Positions 19,477 through 27,882 of a stretch of 64,000 nt of DNA are shown in pieces (position 1 is the first letter of the stretch; each line of letters starts with the position of its first letter). This DNA is from Bacteroidales bacterium. Lineage in GTDB: Bacteria; Bacteroidota; Bacteroidia; Bacteroidales; WCHB1-69. Made by a program: the position numbers and the translations under genes. The notes beneath the pieces are model-generated. The model searched no databases and had not been told where the DNA came from. It saw only the letters and a program-made list of their open reading frames with translations. The stretch spans positions 21,390 through 85,389 of the forward strand of contig JAEEQA010000002.1 in NCBI GenBank assembly GCA_016285085.1. Direction: 5' to 3'.

Positions 19477-19531
19477 TTGATGAACTTTATAAACCTGCAA
19501 CTTTATAACTGATTTTATGGTATTTTTGCCG
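19476..19531 (+). repeat. right copy of the 56-bp inverted repeat (promoter/leader module of folA)
   Basis: CTTGATGAACTTTATAAACCTGCAACTTTATAACTGATTTTATGGTATTTTTGCCG. Confidence 0.85.
19521..19528 (+). promoter_or_regulatory. -7 box TATTTTTG (folA)
   Basis: TAnnTTTGCCG, 17 nt before ATG 19545. Confidence 0.55.
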
Positions 19532-19544
19532 AAAATTTCAAACG

Positions 19545-20036
19545 ATGATCCACATTATTGTAGCCATTGGAAATCAAGGCGAAATCGGGTATAAGAACCA
19601 GTTGTTGTGCCATCTTCCGGCGGATTTGAAACACTTCAAGGAGCTGACCACAGGGCATACCATTCTGATGGGACGGAAAACGTGGGATTCTTTGCCGAAG
19701 AAACCGTTGCCGAACAGACGTAACCTTGTCATTTCCAGAAACAAAGACTTGCAACTGGAAGGAGCTGAAGTTTTTGCTTCTCCGGAAGAAGCATTAAAAA
19801 ACATCGGAATAGGGGAGGAGGTCTTTATCATTGGCGGAGAACAAATTTATCAACTATTTGTAAACAAAGCAGATAAGATTCACTTAACGCACATTTTGGC
19901 CGATTTTGAAGCGGATGCCTTCTTTCCGAAAATCAATCCCGAAGAGTGGTACCTTTGCGAGGAAGTGCCATTTGAAAAAGACGAAAAGAATCCTTATAAC
20001 TTTATATTCCAGACTTTTATAAGAAAACAAAAGTGA
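19545..20036 (+). CDS. folA: dihydrofolate reductase
   Basis: 163 aa. IIVAIGNQGEIGYKNQLLCHLPADLKHFKELTTGHTILMGRKTWDSLP. Confidence 0.92.
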   Translation: MIHIIVAIGNQGEIGYKNQLLCHLPADLKHFKELTTGHTILMGRKTWDSLPKKPLPNRRNLVISRNKDLQLEGAEVFASPEEALKNIGIGEEVFIIGGEQIYQLFVNKADKIHLTHILADFEADAFFPKINPEEWYLCEEVPFEKDEKNPYNFIFQTFIRKQK

Positions 20037-20602
20037 AACGACTGTTCATTGCCTTCAAGACGGAACTGGCTTCGGAATACGATACAATGCTGAAGCAGCT
20101 GAAACTGTCCACCCGTTACGACGACATCAAGTGGGTGGAAGGCCATTTGCAACATCTGACGCTCAAATTTTTAGACAAAACACCTGAATCTAAAATAGGC
20201 CCATTATGCCAGATTCTGGCAGAAATAGCGAAAGAAATGGAACCTTTTGAAATGAAAATCAACAAATTGGGTGTTTTCGGAAGTCAGTACCATCCCACAA
20301 CCTTATGGCTTGGTTTTGAAAAACAACCCGTTTTGAACCAGTTGTTTGAAAAAGTGGAAAAGAGGCTTACTTCCGAACTGGGTTTTAAAGCCAACGATGG
20401 CAATTTCGTGCCGCATCTTAGCCTCGGACGTATCAAAAAAATGGATAGCAAAAAACGCTTTTGGGAAGCTGTAAATAAAAACCAACCATCTTATTTTCAG
20501 AATTTTATAATGGATGAGATGATATTATACCGAAGCCAGCTGGAAAAAACAGGGCCTATTTATACGGAAGTGGGGAAATGGAGATTAGGGATTAGTAATT
20601 AG
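20033..20602 (+). CDS. thpR: RNA 2',3'-cyclic phosphodiesterase (2H family)
   Basis: 189 aa. Two HxT/S motifs (HLTLKFL, HLSLGR). The GTG start overlaps the folA stop (GTGA). Confidence 0.8.
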   Translation: MKRLFIAFKTELASEYDTMLKQLKLSTRYDDIKWVEGHLQHLTLKFLDKTPESKIGPLCQILAEIAKEMEPFEMKINKLGVFGSQYHPTTLWLGFEKQPVLNQLFEKVEKRLTSELGFKANDGNFVPHLSLGRIKKMDSKKRFWEAVNKNQPSYFQNFIMDEMILYRSQLEKTGPIYTEVGKWRLGISN

Positions 20603-20622
20603 GGAATAGGGGATAGAAAGTA
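20581..20622 (+). repeat. heptad array GAGATTA GGGATTA GTAATTA GGGAATA GGGGATA GAAAGTA
   Basis: Overlaps the last codons and the stop codon (20602) of thpR. Confidence 0.8.
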
Positions 20623-20635
20623 AAAGCTATACCAT

Positions 20636-20672
20636 GGTAAGCCCCGTAGGGCCGAAGGAATACAGAAGGGTG
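20636..20672. repeat. degenerate copy of the double-hairpin element
   Basis: GGTAAGCCCCGTAGGGCCGAAGGAATACAGAAGGGTG shares GAATACAG(C)AGAAGGG with the copies at 40861-40877. Confidence 0.45.
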
Positions 20673-20696
20673 TGAAATGCCCGCATAAATAAACGG

Positions 20697-21731
20697 ATGA
20701 AATACAATACAATGAGCCAAAAGAAGTTGTGGTTTTTTATCGGAGCAATTGTAACCATTGTCGTCGGGGCGGTGGCGGCGGTATGTGTGGGGGTGATCCA
20801 GATCCCGGCAGACGCTGTTTTTGGCATTGTGAAGGCAAAGATTTGCGGACAGGAAGTTCCTATGGAGTGGCAAACCTACGACATCACGGTATGGAATCTG
20901 CGGATTCCGAGAGTTTTACTGAGCCTGTTAGCCGGGGCGGCCCTTTCTCTTTGCGGGGCGGCTTTCCAGACCATTTTCCGCAACCCCATTTGTGATCCTT
21001 ACATTTTGGGTATTTCGTCAGGTGCTTCGCTCGGCGCGGCCATCGCCATCATCACCGGACTGGACGCCTACTTTTTCGGTCTTACGGGACTGGCGCTGGT
21101 AACATCCATACTCACCCTCGTTTTGATTCTTGCCATTGCTTCCGTTGGAAAACGTAAATCAGTGGAAACCATACTATTATCAGGTGTAGCCGTCAACTTT
21201 CTCGTTTCTGCCGGCATCACCCTGCTGATGGTTCTACATCAGGAAAATTTAGATGAAATCATCTTCTGGACGATGGGGAGTTTTGCCTCCTCCACATGGG
21301 AAGAGATTGCAGGACTTTTAACAGTTTTTATCATTGTAGGAGGATTTCTCTATTTCTACTCTAAAGAATTGAATATCTTACAATTAGGAATAGAAACAGC
21401 ACAAACAACGGGCGTAAATACAAAGAAAATGACCATTTCTGTCCTCATTTTTTCTTCCATATTGGTCGCTACGGCTGTTTCATGCTGCGGAGTCATTGGA
21501 TTTGTTGGGTTGATGATTCCCCATATTGTCCGACTTATATTCGGAAACGAAACACGCACTGTTTTCACCTTTTCCATACTCTTTGGCGCTATTTTCTGTC
21601 TATTGGCCGACACCTGTGCCCGCACGCTGGCAGCACCTGCGGAATTACCTGTCGGAAGCATCACCGCCATCGTCGGCGCACCCTACTTTATTTTCCTTTT
21701 GCTCACACAACGCAGGCTTTCAGCAAAATAA
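20697..21731 (+). CDS. FecCD-family (iron-siderophore/B12 type) ABC transporter permease
   Basis: 344 aa, polytopic. Typical FecCD sequence (LLSLLAGAALSLCGAAFQTIFRNPICDPYILGISSGASLG ... GSITAIVGAPYFIFLL). No ATPase or binding-protein gene is adjacent. Confidence 0.85.
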   Translation: MKYNTMSQKKLWFFIGAIVTIVVGAVAAVCVGVIQIPADAVFGIVKAKICGQEVPMEWQTYDITVWNLRIPRVLLSLLAGAALSLCGAAFQTIFRNPICDPYILGISSGASLGAAIAIITGLDAYFFGLTGLALVTSILTLVLILAIASVGKRKSVETILLSGVAVNFLVSAGITLLMVLHQENLDEIIFWTMGSFASSTWEEIAGLLTVFIIVGGFLYFYSKELNILQLGIETAQTTGVNTKKMTISVLIFSSILVATAVSCCGVIGFVGLMIPHIVRLIFGNETRTVFTFSILFGAIFCLLADTCARTLAAPAELPVGSITAIVGAPYFIFLLLTQRRLSAK

Positions 21732-22133
21732 ATTTTTAACACTATAATGTTGAAAAATGATGATATTTTCTAATAAAACCCACCCTCAAACCATCCGTAA
21801 AAAATCCAAAAAAATCTTTCAATTTTTATCGAAATAATACTGACTTTTTATCCATCGATTATCAACAAATTTCCGAAAAATTTCCTTCTTTTTTTATCAA
21901 CAAAAGAGGTTTTCAACACAAAAAAAAGTAATCAACTCTATCAATACAATCAAGGGCTTACAAAAAAAATGCCTGTTTATTCCATGTTAGTAAAGGCTGA
22001 AAACCATAAATCCAAATAAAATTTGAAAAACTTATCAAAGATACAAACAGCTATTAATATTCATCTTTTTCCTTTTTTTAAAACAAAAAAGAATAAATGA
22101 AATATAAGGATGTTGGCGACGTTTAAAAAAAAT

Positions 22134-22913
22134 ATGAAAAAACTGTTCTTTTTCCTCCTTGCGTTTCTATTGTCACAGGCGCTTTCAGCGCAGACTATAT
22201 CGTTCAAGGGCACGGTGTATGATGCAGTGGCATACATTCCGGTGAAGGCGGCCAACATCTTGAACTTGAATACTGGAAAGTACCAGTTTACCAATGCGGA
22301 AGGCGTTTTTATTATGAATGTTTCGCTTCATGACACGTTGATCATCTCCACTTCCACTTATCGCCAAAAAGTGGTCATTATCGATGAAAAAATGTACAAA
22401 AAGGGCCATGAAGACATTCTTTTGTACCATAAGGCATTTATGTTGCAGGAGGTACGGGTGGTGGCCTTGAATCCGACGTATGAGGGATTCAAGCGTGACA
22501 TTGCCAATGCCAAGCTGCCGGATTCGTACAAGAACCTGGAAGGTGTTCACCTTACCAAGGAAGAAAAGTTTAATGCTACTTACAAAGAAGAGCCTAACAT
22601 ACTGAAAAACACGGCAATAGGAAGTCCTATCTCCTTCTTGTACAGTAAGTTCAACAAGCATGAAAAAACGAAGCGGTTGTTTTACGAAATGCAGGGTTAT
22701 GGGGATGAGGTGCAACAGGTTCCAATCAAGTACAACCGTGAAATTGTGTCTAAAATCACCGGCCTGTCAGGGAAGGATCTGATGGAGTTTATGGTGTTCT
22801 GCCGTTTCAGCTATTATGATCTGGTGCGTTGGGACAGCAATGAGATTATTTCGGCCATCCGTTACAAATTTTCTGAATATCAATATTATAAAGCATTGGA
22901 GGAGGAGGAATAA
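22134..22913 (+). CDS. carboxypeptidase-regulatory-like domain protein, secreted
   Basis: Start at MKKLFFFLLAFLLSQALSAQ (9th codon of the track ORF 22110-22913). ISFKGTVYDAVAYIPVKAANILNLNTGKYQFTNAEGVF resembles CarboxypepD_reg. Coordinates follow the track frame. Confidence 0.55.
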   Translation: MKKLFFFLLAFLLSQALSAQTISFKGTVYDAVAYIPVKAANILNLNTGKYQFTNAEGVFIMNVSLHDTLIISTSTYRQKVVIIDEKMYKKGHEDILLYHKAFMLQEVRVVALNPTYEGFKRDIANAKLPDSYKNLEGVHLTKEEKFNATYKEEPNILKNTAIGSPISFLYSKFNKHEKTKRLFYEMQGYGDEVQQVPIKYNREIVSKITGLSGKDLMEFMVFCRFSYYDLVRWDSNEIISAIRYKFSEYQYYKALEEEE

Positions 22914-23123
22914 ATGAAGGAATTCTGGCAAAAAAATATGACATGGTTCCACATTGCATCGATCCTGATCTGTGTGCTTTTTGCTGTATTTTATTGGTGG
23001 AAAGCGGGCCAGTTTTCGGAATATTTCTTCAAAAACCGGTGGTATCTGATGGTACTTTGGGGAATATTGGTGGGATGGATCACCGGTGACTTTCTGAATG
23101 GAGCCAAAAACAGGAAAGAGTAG
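22914..23123 (+). CDS. small membrane protein, hypothetical
   Basis: 69 aa. The ATG directly follows the previous stop. Two hydrophobic helices. Confidence 0.35.
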   Translation: MKEFWQKNMTWFHIASILICVLFAVFYWWKAGQFSEYFFKNRWYLMVLWGILVGWITGDFLNGAKNRKE

Positions 23124-23131
23124 GGGAGGGG

Positions 23132-25084
23132 TTAATATCCGACAATGGTAAATTCGGTCCGGCGGTTCAATGCACGTCCCTCTTCCGTGTCGTTGGTGGC
23201 GATAGGCTTGCTCATGCCGTATCCTTTATAACTCATTCTGTTAGAATTAATTCCTTTATTTACAAGATAGTCGTAAACGGCTTTGGCGCGGTCGTTGGAA
23301 AGCTTTTCATTGTAACTTTCACTGCCTTGGTTATCGGTGTGTCCGCCAATTTCAATTTTTATTCCTTTATTAGAGGTCAAATAATCGACTAATTTGTTCA
23401 ATTCAACTTCCGACTCTTTTTTCAGCGTACTCTTGTCAAAATCAAAGAAAACGTTCCTTAAAACGAAAGATTCGCCCACTTCCGGACGTTTTAGTGCAAT
23501 ATTTTTCAAATAAGGTTCCAGTTCTGTATAGTTTTTCTCAATTTGGAAGTTTTCGGAATAAAGGAGGTAGTAAGGGTGTGAAACATTCATCAGGATGTTG
23601 CTTCCTGTGAGAATACAGGCGAGAAATTCGCCGGTAACAGGATCGGAGGAGGTGGAAGTGGTGACCTTGTTTGTGTTGAGGTCTATCATTTCGATGGAGG
23701 CATGCACAGGTTCGTGCGTTTTCTCGTCGATTACTTTTCCTTTCATGTATGTAACGGGCGTGGGGCGCAGTTGTGGGTCAAGGTTGAAATAGTAGAGGTC
23801 CTGACCGCCATAGCCGCCTTCCTTATCGGTTGAAAAATAGGCAGTTGTACCTGCTGCATTGATAAGGATGTTGATTTCGTCGGCAGGCGTGTTGATGGGA
23901 TAACCGAGGTTAACGGGTTTAGTCCAGCCAGTATCGGTCAGGGTAGAATAGAAGACATCCATACCTCCCATTCCGGGGTGTCCGTCTGATGCAAAATAGA
24001 GGGTTTTTCCATCCGCATGGATGAAAGGCGCGGCATCTTCACCGTCGGTATTGATTTTTTTGCCGAGGTTTTCGGGGACGGTAAACAGGCCCTCTTCTGT
24101 CATTGTGGTTTTCCATATATCCATTTTTCCAAAGCCGTCCGGTCGGTTGGAGGCAAAGTAAATGGTTTTTCCGTCGGGTGCAATAGAAGGCTGTGATTCC
24201 CAGAACTTTGTACAAACAGGTGCATCAAAATTACGAGGTCTAGACCAGCGGTTTCCAATACGTTTTGCCCAATAAAGGTCACAGCTGCCGTTTCCGAAGT
24301 CGGTGTTGCAGATGGTGTAAAACAGGTATTTTCCGTCGGGAGAAATACATTGTGCACCTTCATTGTAACCTGTATTTATGGGATAATCAAGTTTATAACG
24401 AGGTTTCCATTCACCGTTTCCCCTTTTGCTGGCATAAAAGTCCTCCTCCATCTGACAAAAAGCGCATTGGGTGTTTTCATCGCGAGGGCGCATTACCGTA
24501 AAGATGATTTCAGATTCATCGGCTACGACTGCAGGAAGGTATTCGTCATATTCCGAATTGATGTTGGGTCCGATATTGATGGGAGAGAAGTCCACGGGAT
24601 TTTTAATGGCATTAATTGCAAACTCGCACGTTTCCAATCCTTTATGTGTTTCTTTCATTAAAGGACAGTTGGGAAGAGTTTTGTCAAGATAGATGTTGTA
24701 ATGGTCTCTTGCGCTTTCGTACCGGCCCACTTTCACCTCTTCTTCGGCTGTAATGAAATAGAGGATGGGTTTGGGATTTTTTGCGAAACGTATGGCCTTG
24801 TTATAGTTGTCGGCGGCTTCTGCTGATTTCAAGGTGAAGTTATACATATCTCCTTGAATTACATAGATATCCGCGAACGTGGAGTCAATTTTTTTTGCTT
24901 TTGCCAAATAGTTTTCAACCTTTTTGAAATTCTTGTTATTGAGTTCAACTTTTGCTTTTTTGCACAGATCAATCACTTTTTGGTTGGTATTTTGGGCAAA
25001 AACAGAAAAAGAAAGTGCGGTAATAAACACAAAAATCGGCAAAATCCTGCCGATTTTTAGAAGTGTATGGAAAATCATATTCAT
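23132..25084 (-). CDS. OmpA-family protein with TPR and TolB-like beta-propeller repeats
   Basis: 650 aa. The C-terminus is an OmpA_C peptidoglycan-binding domain: IEIGGHTDNQGSESYNEKLSNDRAKAVYDYLV...NRRTEFTIV. The middle has repeated PxxSPDGKxLYFxS beta-propeller motifs. Confidence 0.85.
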   Translation of the reverse strand: MNMIFHTLLKIGRILPIFVFITALSFSVFAQNTNQKVIDLCKKAKVELNNKNFKKVENYLAKAKKIDSTFADIYVIQGDMYNFTLKSAEAADNYNKAIRFAKNPKPILYFITAEEEVKVGRYESARDHYNIYLDKTLPNCPLMKETHKGLETCEFAINAIKNPVDFSPINIGPNINSEYDEYLPAVVADESEIIFTVMRPRDENTQCAFCQMEEDFYASKRGNGEWKPRYKLDYPINTGYNEGAQCISPDGKYLFYTICNTDFGNGSCDLYWAKRIGNRWSRPRNFDAPVCTKFWESQPSIAPDGKTIYFASNRPDGFGKMDIWKTTMTEEGLFTVPENLGKKINTDGEDAAPFIHADGKTLYFASDGHPGMGGMDVFYSTLTDTGWTKPVNLGYPINTPADEINILINAAGTTAYFSTDKEGGYGGQDLYYFNLDPQLRPTPVTYMKGKVIDEKTHEPVHASIEMIDLNTNKVTTSTSSDPVTGEFLACILTGSNILMNVSHPYYLLYSENFQIEKNYTELEPYLKNIALKRPEVGESFVLRNVFFDFDKSTLKKESEVELNKLVDYLTSNKGIKIEIGGHTDNQGSESYNEKLSNDRAKAVYDYLVNKGINSNRMSYKGYGMSKPIATNDTEEGRALNRRTEFTIVGY

Positions 25085-25108
25085 TTTTCAGAGATTTTAA
25101 TACATAAA

Positions 25109-25876
25109 TCAGCATTTTTTCGCCTCTTGCCAGAGGATTTCCATTTCATCCAGAGAAAGATCTGCGATGCTTTTTCCGCTTTCTTTTGCTTTTTGTTCAA
25201 TGAAATTGAAACGTTTGATAAATTTCTTGTTGGTTTTTTCAAGGGCGTCTTCCGGATGGATTCCGTTATGGCGTGCGAAATTGACAAGGGCAAAGAGAAG
25301 ATCGCCGAATTCTTCTTCCATTTTTTCGGAATTTTTATCCAGTTCTGCCTTGAATTCGTCCATTTCTTCCTTCACTTTATCCCAAACCTGTTCGGAATTG
25401 TCCCAGTCGAAGCCGACACCGTGAGCTTTGTCTTGAATCCGATAGGCTTTGATGATGGCGGGCAGGGAAGAGGGCACACCTCCTAGAACGGTTTTGTTTT
25501 TTCCTTCTTTCAGCTTGATTTTTTCCCAGTTAACCTTCACGTCTTCAGCGTCTTTCACTTGAGTGGTGCTAAAAATGTGGGGATGCCGGCGAATCAGTTT
25601 TTCGCATATTCCGTTCAGAACGTCTGTAATGTTGAAAAGTCCTTTTTCGTCGCCGATTTTAGCGTAGAAAACAAGGTGTAACATCAAGTCACCGAGTTCA
25701 GTACGCATTTCGTTGTAATTTTTTTCAATGATGGCGTCGGTGAGTTCGTAGGTTTCCTCGATGGTGAGGCAACGGAGCGAATCAAAGGTTTGGGTGCTGT
25801 CCCACGGACACTTGACGCGCAGTTCGTCCATAATGTCCAAAAGGCGTTTGAAAGCTTGTGTCCGGGGATCTTCCAT
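25109..25876 (-). CDS. mazG: nucleoside triphosphate pyrophosphohydrolase MazG
   Basis: 255 aa. LRVKCPWDSTQTFDSLRCLTIEETYELTDAI, EELGDLMLHLVFYA-type motifs and a duplicated MazG domain. Confidence 0.88.
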   Translation of the reverse strand: MEDPRTQAFKRLLDIMDELRVKCPWDSTQTFDSLRCLTIEETYELTDAIIEKNYNEMRTELGDLMLHLVFYAKIGDEKGLFNITDVLNGICEKLIRRHPHIFSTTQVKDAEDVKVNWEKIKLKEGKNKTVLGGVPSSLPAIIKAYRIQDKAHGVGFDWDNSEQVWDKVKEEMDEFKAELDKNSEKMEEEFGDLLFALVNFARHNGIHPEDALEKTNKKFIKRFNFIEQKAKESGKSIADLSLDEMEILWQEAKKC

Positions 25877-25901
25877 GGCGAAAAAAAGGTAAAAAAAAAA
25901 G

Positions 25902-25974
<73 letters not shown>

Positions 25975-25977
25975 TTT

Positions 25978-26001
25978 AAAAAGGTTGACGAGCAACCTTT
26001 T
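25978..26001 (-). terminator. rho-independent terminator candidate after the Cys-rich lipoprotein gene
   Basis: Hairpin AAGGTTG-acgag-CAACCTT, followed on the minus strand by a T run. Confidence 0.45.
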
Positions 26002-26023
26002 ATATTATACTAAGTGAAAGAAC

Positions 26024-26503
26024 TTATTTCTGGCAGGTTTCGCCTTCCTTCTGGCAGCAGCCTTCGCCTTCGTGCTTTTCGCAACCTTCCTTACCGCAGC
26101 ACTCTTTCTTGCAGCAACCGTCCTTCGGGCAGAATTTCTGCATCAGAGCGTCCATCTCGTCGATGAGGGCTTTTTTACCGGCTTGGTCAGCTTCAGCGTA
26201 CTCTTTGTTCCATTTTTCAACGAAAGCGCCGAGTTCAGCTTTCATTTCGGGACATTCGATTTCCTCGATGTTCTTTTCGGCGAACATGGCAGTGATTTTC
26301 TCACCACGTTTCTCGATCAGAGCGGCCTGTTCTTCTGCGGTCTTGTTGTCGAAGTCGGCCCAATCCTTCATCATTTGGCAGCAGGGATGTTCTTCTTCCA
26401 CGACTGCGGTGGTATCGGTTTCGGGTTCAACCACTTCGGCGGGTTTGTTGTTGCAAGCTACCATCACGAGGCAAGCGGCAACCAAAAGCATTAATTTTTT
26501 CAT
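26024..26503 (-). CDS. lipoprotein with Cys/His/Glu-rich C-terminal tail
   Basis: Start at MKKLMLLVAACLVMVACNNK (ATG 26503, lipobox VAC). The track extension upstream translates the promoter. Contains HPCCQMM and the tail KDGCCKKECCGKEGCEKHEGEGCCQKEGETCQK. Confidence 0.65.
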   Translation of the reverse strand: MKKLMLLVAACLVMVACNNKPAEVVEPETDTTAVVEEEHPCCQMMKDWADFDNKTAEEQAALIEKRGEKITAMFAEKNIEEIECPEMKAELGAFVEKWNKEYAEADQAGKKALIDEMDALMQKFCPKDGCCKKECCGKEGCEKHEGEGCCQKEGETCQK

Positions 26504-26538
26504 TTTTTTCTTTGATTTGGTTATTGAATTTCGGGCGG

Positions 26539-26546
26539 CAAAAATA
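26539..26546 (-). promoter_or_regulatory. -7 box TATTTTTG (Cys-rich lipoprotein)
   Basis: TAnnTTTGCCGCC, 36 nt before ATG 26503. Confidence 0.5.
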
Positions 26547-26617
26547 CAACTATTTTTGATTTCTGCTTGCTTTGAAAAAAAACTTTTTCCAAAAGATGGT
26601 AATATCATTTATTTTTG

Positions 26618-26625
26618 TATTTTTG
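26618..26625 (+). promoter_or_regulatory. -7 box TATTTTTG (tRNA-Cys)
   Basis: 12 nt before the tRNA 5' end. Confidence 0.55.
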
Positions 26626-26637
26626 CAGCCCGTTAAT

Positions 26638-26711
26638 GGTCGTGTGGCCGAACAGTCAGGCACAGGTCTGCAAAACCTGCTAAAGCGGTGCGACTCCGCT
26701 CGCGACCTCCA
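26638..26711 (+). tRNA. tRNA-Cys (anticodon GCA), CCA encoded
   Basis: Acceptor GGTCGTG/CGCGACC (one G-U pair), anticodon arm CAGGT-CTGCAAA-ACCTG, T arm AGCGG-TGCGACT-CCGCT, discriminator T + CCA. A -7 box lies 12 nt upstream. The T loop reads TGC instead of the usual TTC, so a tRNA scanner should confirm it. Confidence 0.7.
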
Positions 26712-26753
26712 CAAAAGTCTATTGTGTATCAATGCAATAGACTTTTTTTGTAA

Positions 26754-27266
26754 ATGAAATCAATCGTATTGGTCGGCTTTCCCGGATCGGGAAAAAGTAC
26801 AGTCGGAAGGCGTCTTGCTTCGCGGCTTTCGCTTCCATTTTACGATACGGATTCCTATTTTGAGGAGAAATATCGTATAACGGTTTCGGATTTTTTCGCA
26901 AAGTATGGGGAGAATTTTTTCCGGATTTGCGAAAAGTCGGTGTTGGAGGAGTTGCTTTCTTTTCCGCCATGTGTGATTGCGGCGGGAGGGGGCACGCCAT
27001 GTTATTTCAATTCCATGGAGTTGATCAACGGGTCGGCTTTGTCTGTTTATATTCGGCTGTCACCCAAATCTTTGTTTGAGAGGCTTTCCCATTCCCGGAA
27101 AGTACGTCCGTTGTTGTCTGGAAAATCTCCGGAGGAGTTGCTTGCCTACATTGAGGAGGTTCTTCCGCAGCGGGAAATTTTTTACACCCAGGCTGCGCTT
27201 TGTGTAAAAGGGGAGAATATGGATGTAAATGTGCTTGTGGATTCAGTCCAAAAGCTTTTGTTATAA
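26754..27266 (+). CDS. aroK: shikimate kinase
   Basis: 170 aa. VLVGFPGSGKSTVGRRLASRLSLPFYDTD. Confidence 0.9.
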   Translation: MKSIVLVGFPGSGKSTVGRRLASRLSLPFYDTDSYFEEKYRITVSDFFAKYGENFFRICEKSVLEELLSFPPCVIAAGGGTPCYFNSMELINGSALSVYIRLSPKSLFERLSHSRKVRPLLSGKSPEELLAYIEEVLPQREIFYTQAALCVKGENMDVNVLVDSVQKLLL

Positions 27267-27289
27267 AGGATTAAGGGAGGAAAAGTTTG

Positions 27290-27361
27290 TAGCCCCGCCG
27301 GGAATCGAACCCGAATTTAAAGTTTAGGAAACTTCCGTTCTATCCATTGAACTACAAGGCC
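27290..27361 (-). tRNA. tRNA-Arg (anticodon CCT)
   Basis: D arm GTTC-AATGGATA-GAAC, anticodon arm GAAGT-TTCCTAA-ACTTT, T arm TCGGG-TTCGATT-CCCGG. The acceptor stem GGCCTTG/CGGGGCT has three G-U pairs including 1-72, which is unusual. A -7 box lies 12 nt upstream. Confidence 0.75.
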
Positions 27362-27373
27362 TGAAACAGGCGG

Positions 27374-27381
27374 CAAAATTA
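27374..27381 (-). promoter_or_regulatory. -7 box TAATTTTG (tRNA-Arg)
   Basis: TAnnTTTGCCGCC, 12 nt before the tRNA 5' end. Confidence 0.55.
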
Positions 27382-27417
27382 CGCAACTTTTTTCAATCTC
27401 CTTCTAATTATTTTCTT

Positions 27418-27425
27418 TAATTTTG
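27418..27425 (+). promoter_or_regulatory. -7 box TAATTTTG (ybeY-mnmG)
   Basis: TAnnTTTGCGCC, 19 nt before ATG 27444. Confidence 0.55.
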
Positions 27426-27443
27426 CGCCTCAAATTTGATGCA

Positions 27444-27863
27444 ATGATTCTTTTTCATTCCGAGACGGATTTCCAGCTTACCCGAAAACTCCTGCACAAG
27501 CGTTGGCTTGCGGCGTTGGCTGCCCATGAGGGTTTCAAGATAGGGGAGGTCAACTATATTTTTTGTGATGACGATTATCTTTTGAAGATCAATTTGGCGT
27601 ATTTGAATCACGACACGCTGACGGACATCATCACTTTTGATTATGTTGAGGGAAAGCTTTTGAATGGTGATATATTCATTAGTATTGAGAGAGTTAGAGA
27701 AAATTCTAAACTATTTTCTGTCTCTTTTGAGCAGGAACTTTTGCGTGTCCTCTCCCATGGGTTGCTCCATTTGTGCGGATATAAGGACAAGAGTGATGAG
27801 GATGCGGTGGTGATGCGTGGCAAGGAGGATTTTGCCATCCAACTTTTTTCGACGATACATTGA
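27444..27863 (+). CDS. ybeY: rRNA maturation RNase YbeY
   Basis: Start at the ATG of MILFHSE. Metal-binding motif SHGLLHLCGYKD. Confidence 0.88.
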   Translation: MILFHSETDFQLTRKLLHKRWLAALAAHEGFKIGEVNYIFCDDDYLLKINLAYLNHDTLTDIITFDYVEGKLLNGDIFISIERVRENSKLFSVSFEQELLRVLSHGLLHLCGYKDKSDEDAVVMRGKEDFAIQLFSTIH

Positions 27864-27880
27864 TTTTTTCACGTGAAAAC
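27863..27880. promoter_or_regulatory. 18-nt motif ATTTTTTCACGTGAAAAC with palindromic core TTTTCACGTGAAAA (copy 1)
   Basis: Spans from the ybeY stop codon to 2 nt before the mnmG ATG. An identical 18-mer occurs at 30750. Confidence 0.4.
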
Positions 27881-27882
27881 TG

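Noticed and set aside
14674-19531. The 56-bp inverted repeats as a phase-variable invertible promoter or shufflon.
   Set aside because: No recombinase or invertase gene is in the window. The repeats are 4.7 kb apart rather than flanking a small promoter segment. Both promoters already face outward, so inversion would not switch expression of the flanking genes. It is kept only as a repeat or recombination-substrate observation.
20603-20696. Possible cobalamin riboswitch upstream of the FecCD/BtuC-like permease.
   Set aside because: Only ~95 nt are available, with no B12-box (GCCACTG-like) or conserved GGTG/AANCC core. The sequence is instead a heptad array plus a degenerate double-hairpin repeat.
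20697-21731. Orphan ABC permease (no ATPase or substrate-binding gene adjacent) as a decayed operon or pseudogene.
   Set aside because: The ORF is full length (344 aa) with intact FecCD motifs. Partner genes may simply be encoded elsewhere, so there is no evidence of decay in the sequence.
21732-22133. 400-bp AT-rich non-coding region with same-orientation DnaA-box-like 9-mers (TTATCCATC 21848, TTATCAACA 21859 and 21894, TTTTCAACA 21910), considered as an oriC candidate.
   Set aside because: There is no perfect TTATCCACA box. All sites are in one orientation. There is no dnaA or other origin-linked gene nearby, and no gene-orientation switch. It is more simply an AT-rich promoter region after an orphan permease gene. 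A genome-wide GC-skew plot would settle it.
22109-22145. Apparent 1-nt discrepancy between my hand indexing of the A-runs around 22121-22142 and the track coordinates of ORF 22110-22913, which could suggest a frameshift.
   Set aside because: The track is computed from the sequence and gives one continuous ORF. Miscounting a homopolymer by eye is the likelier explanation, so I used the track frame. Hand-derived coordinates elsewhere could likewise be off by 1 nt.
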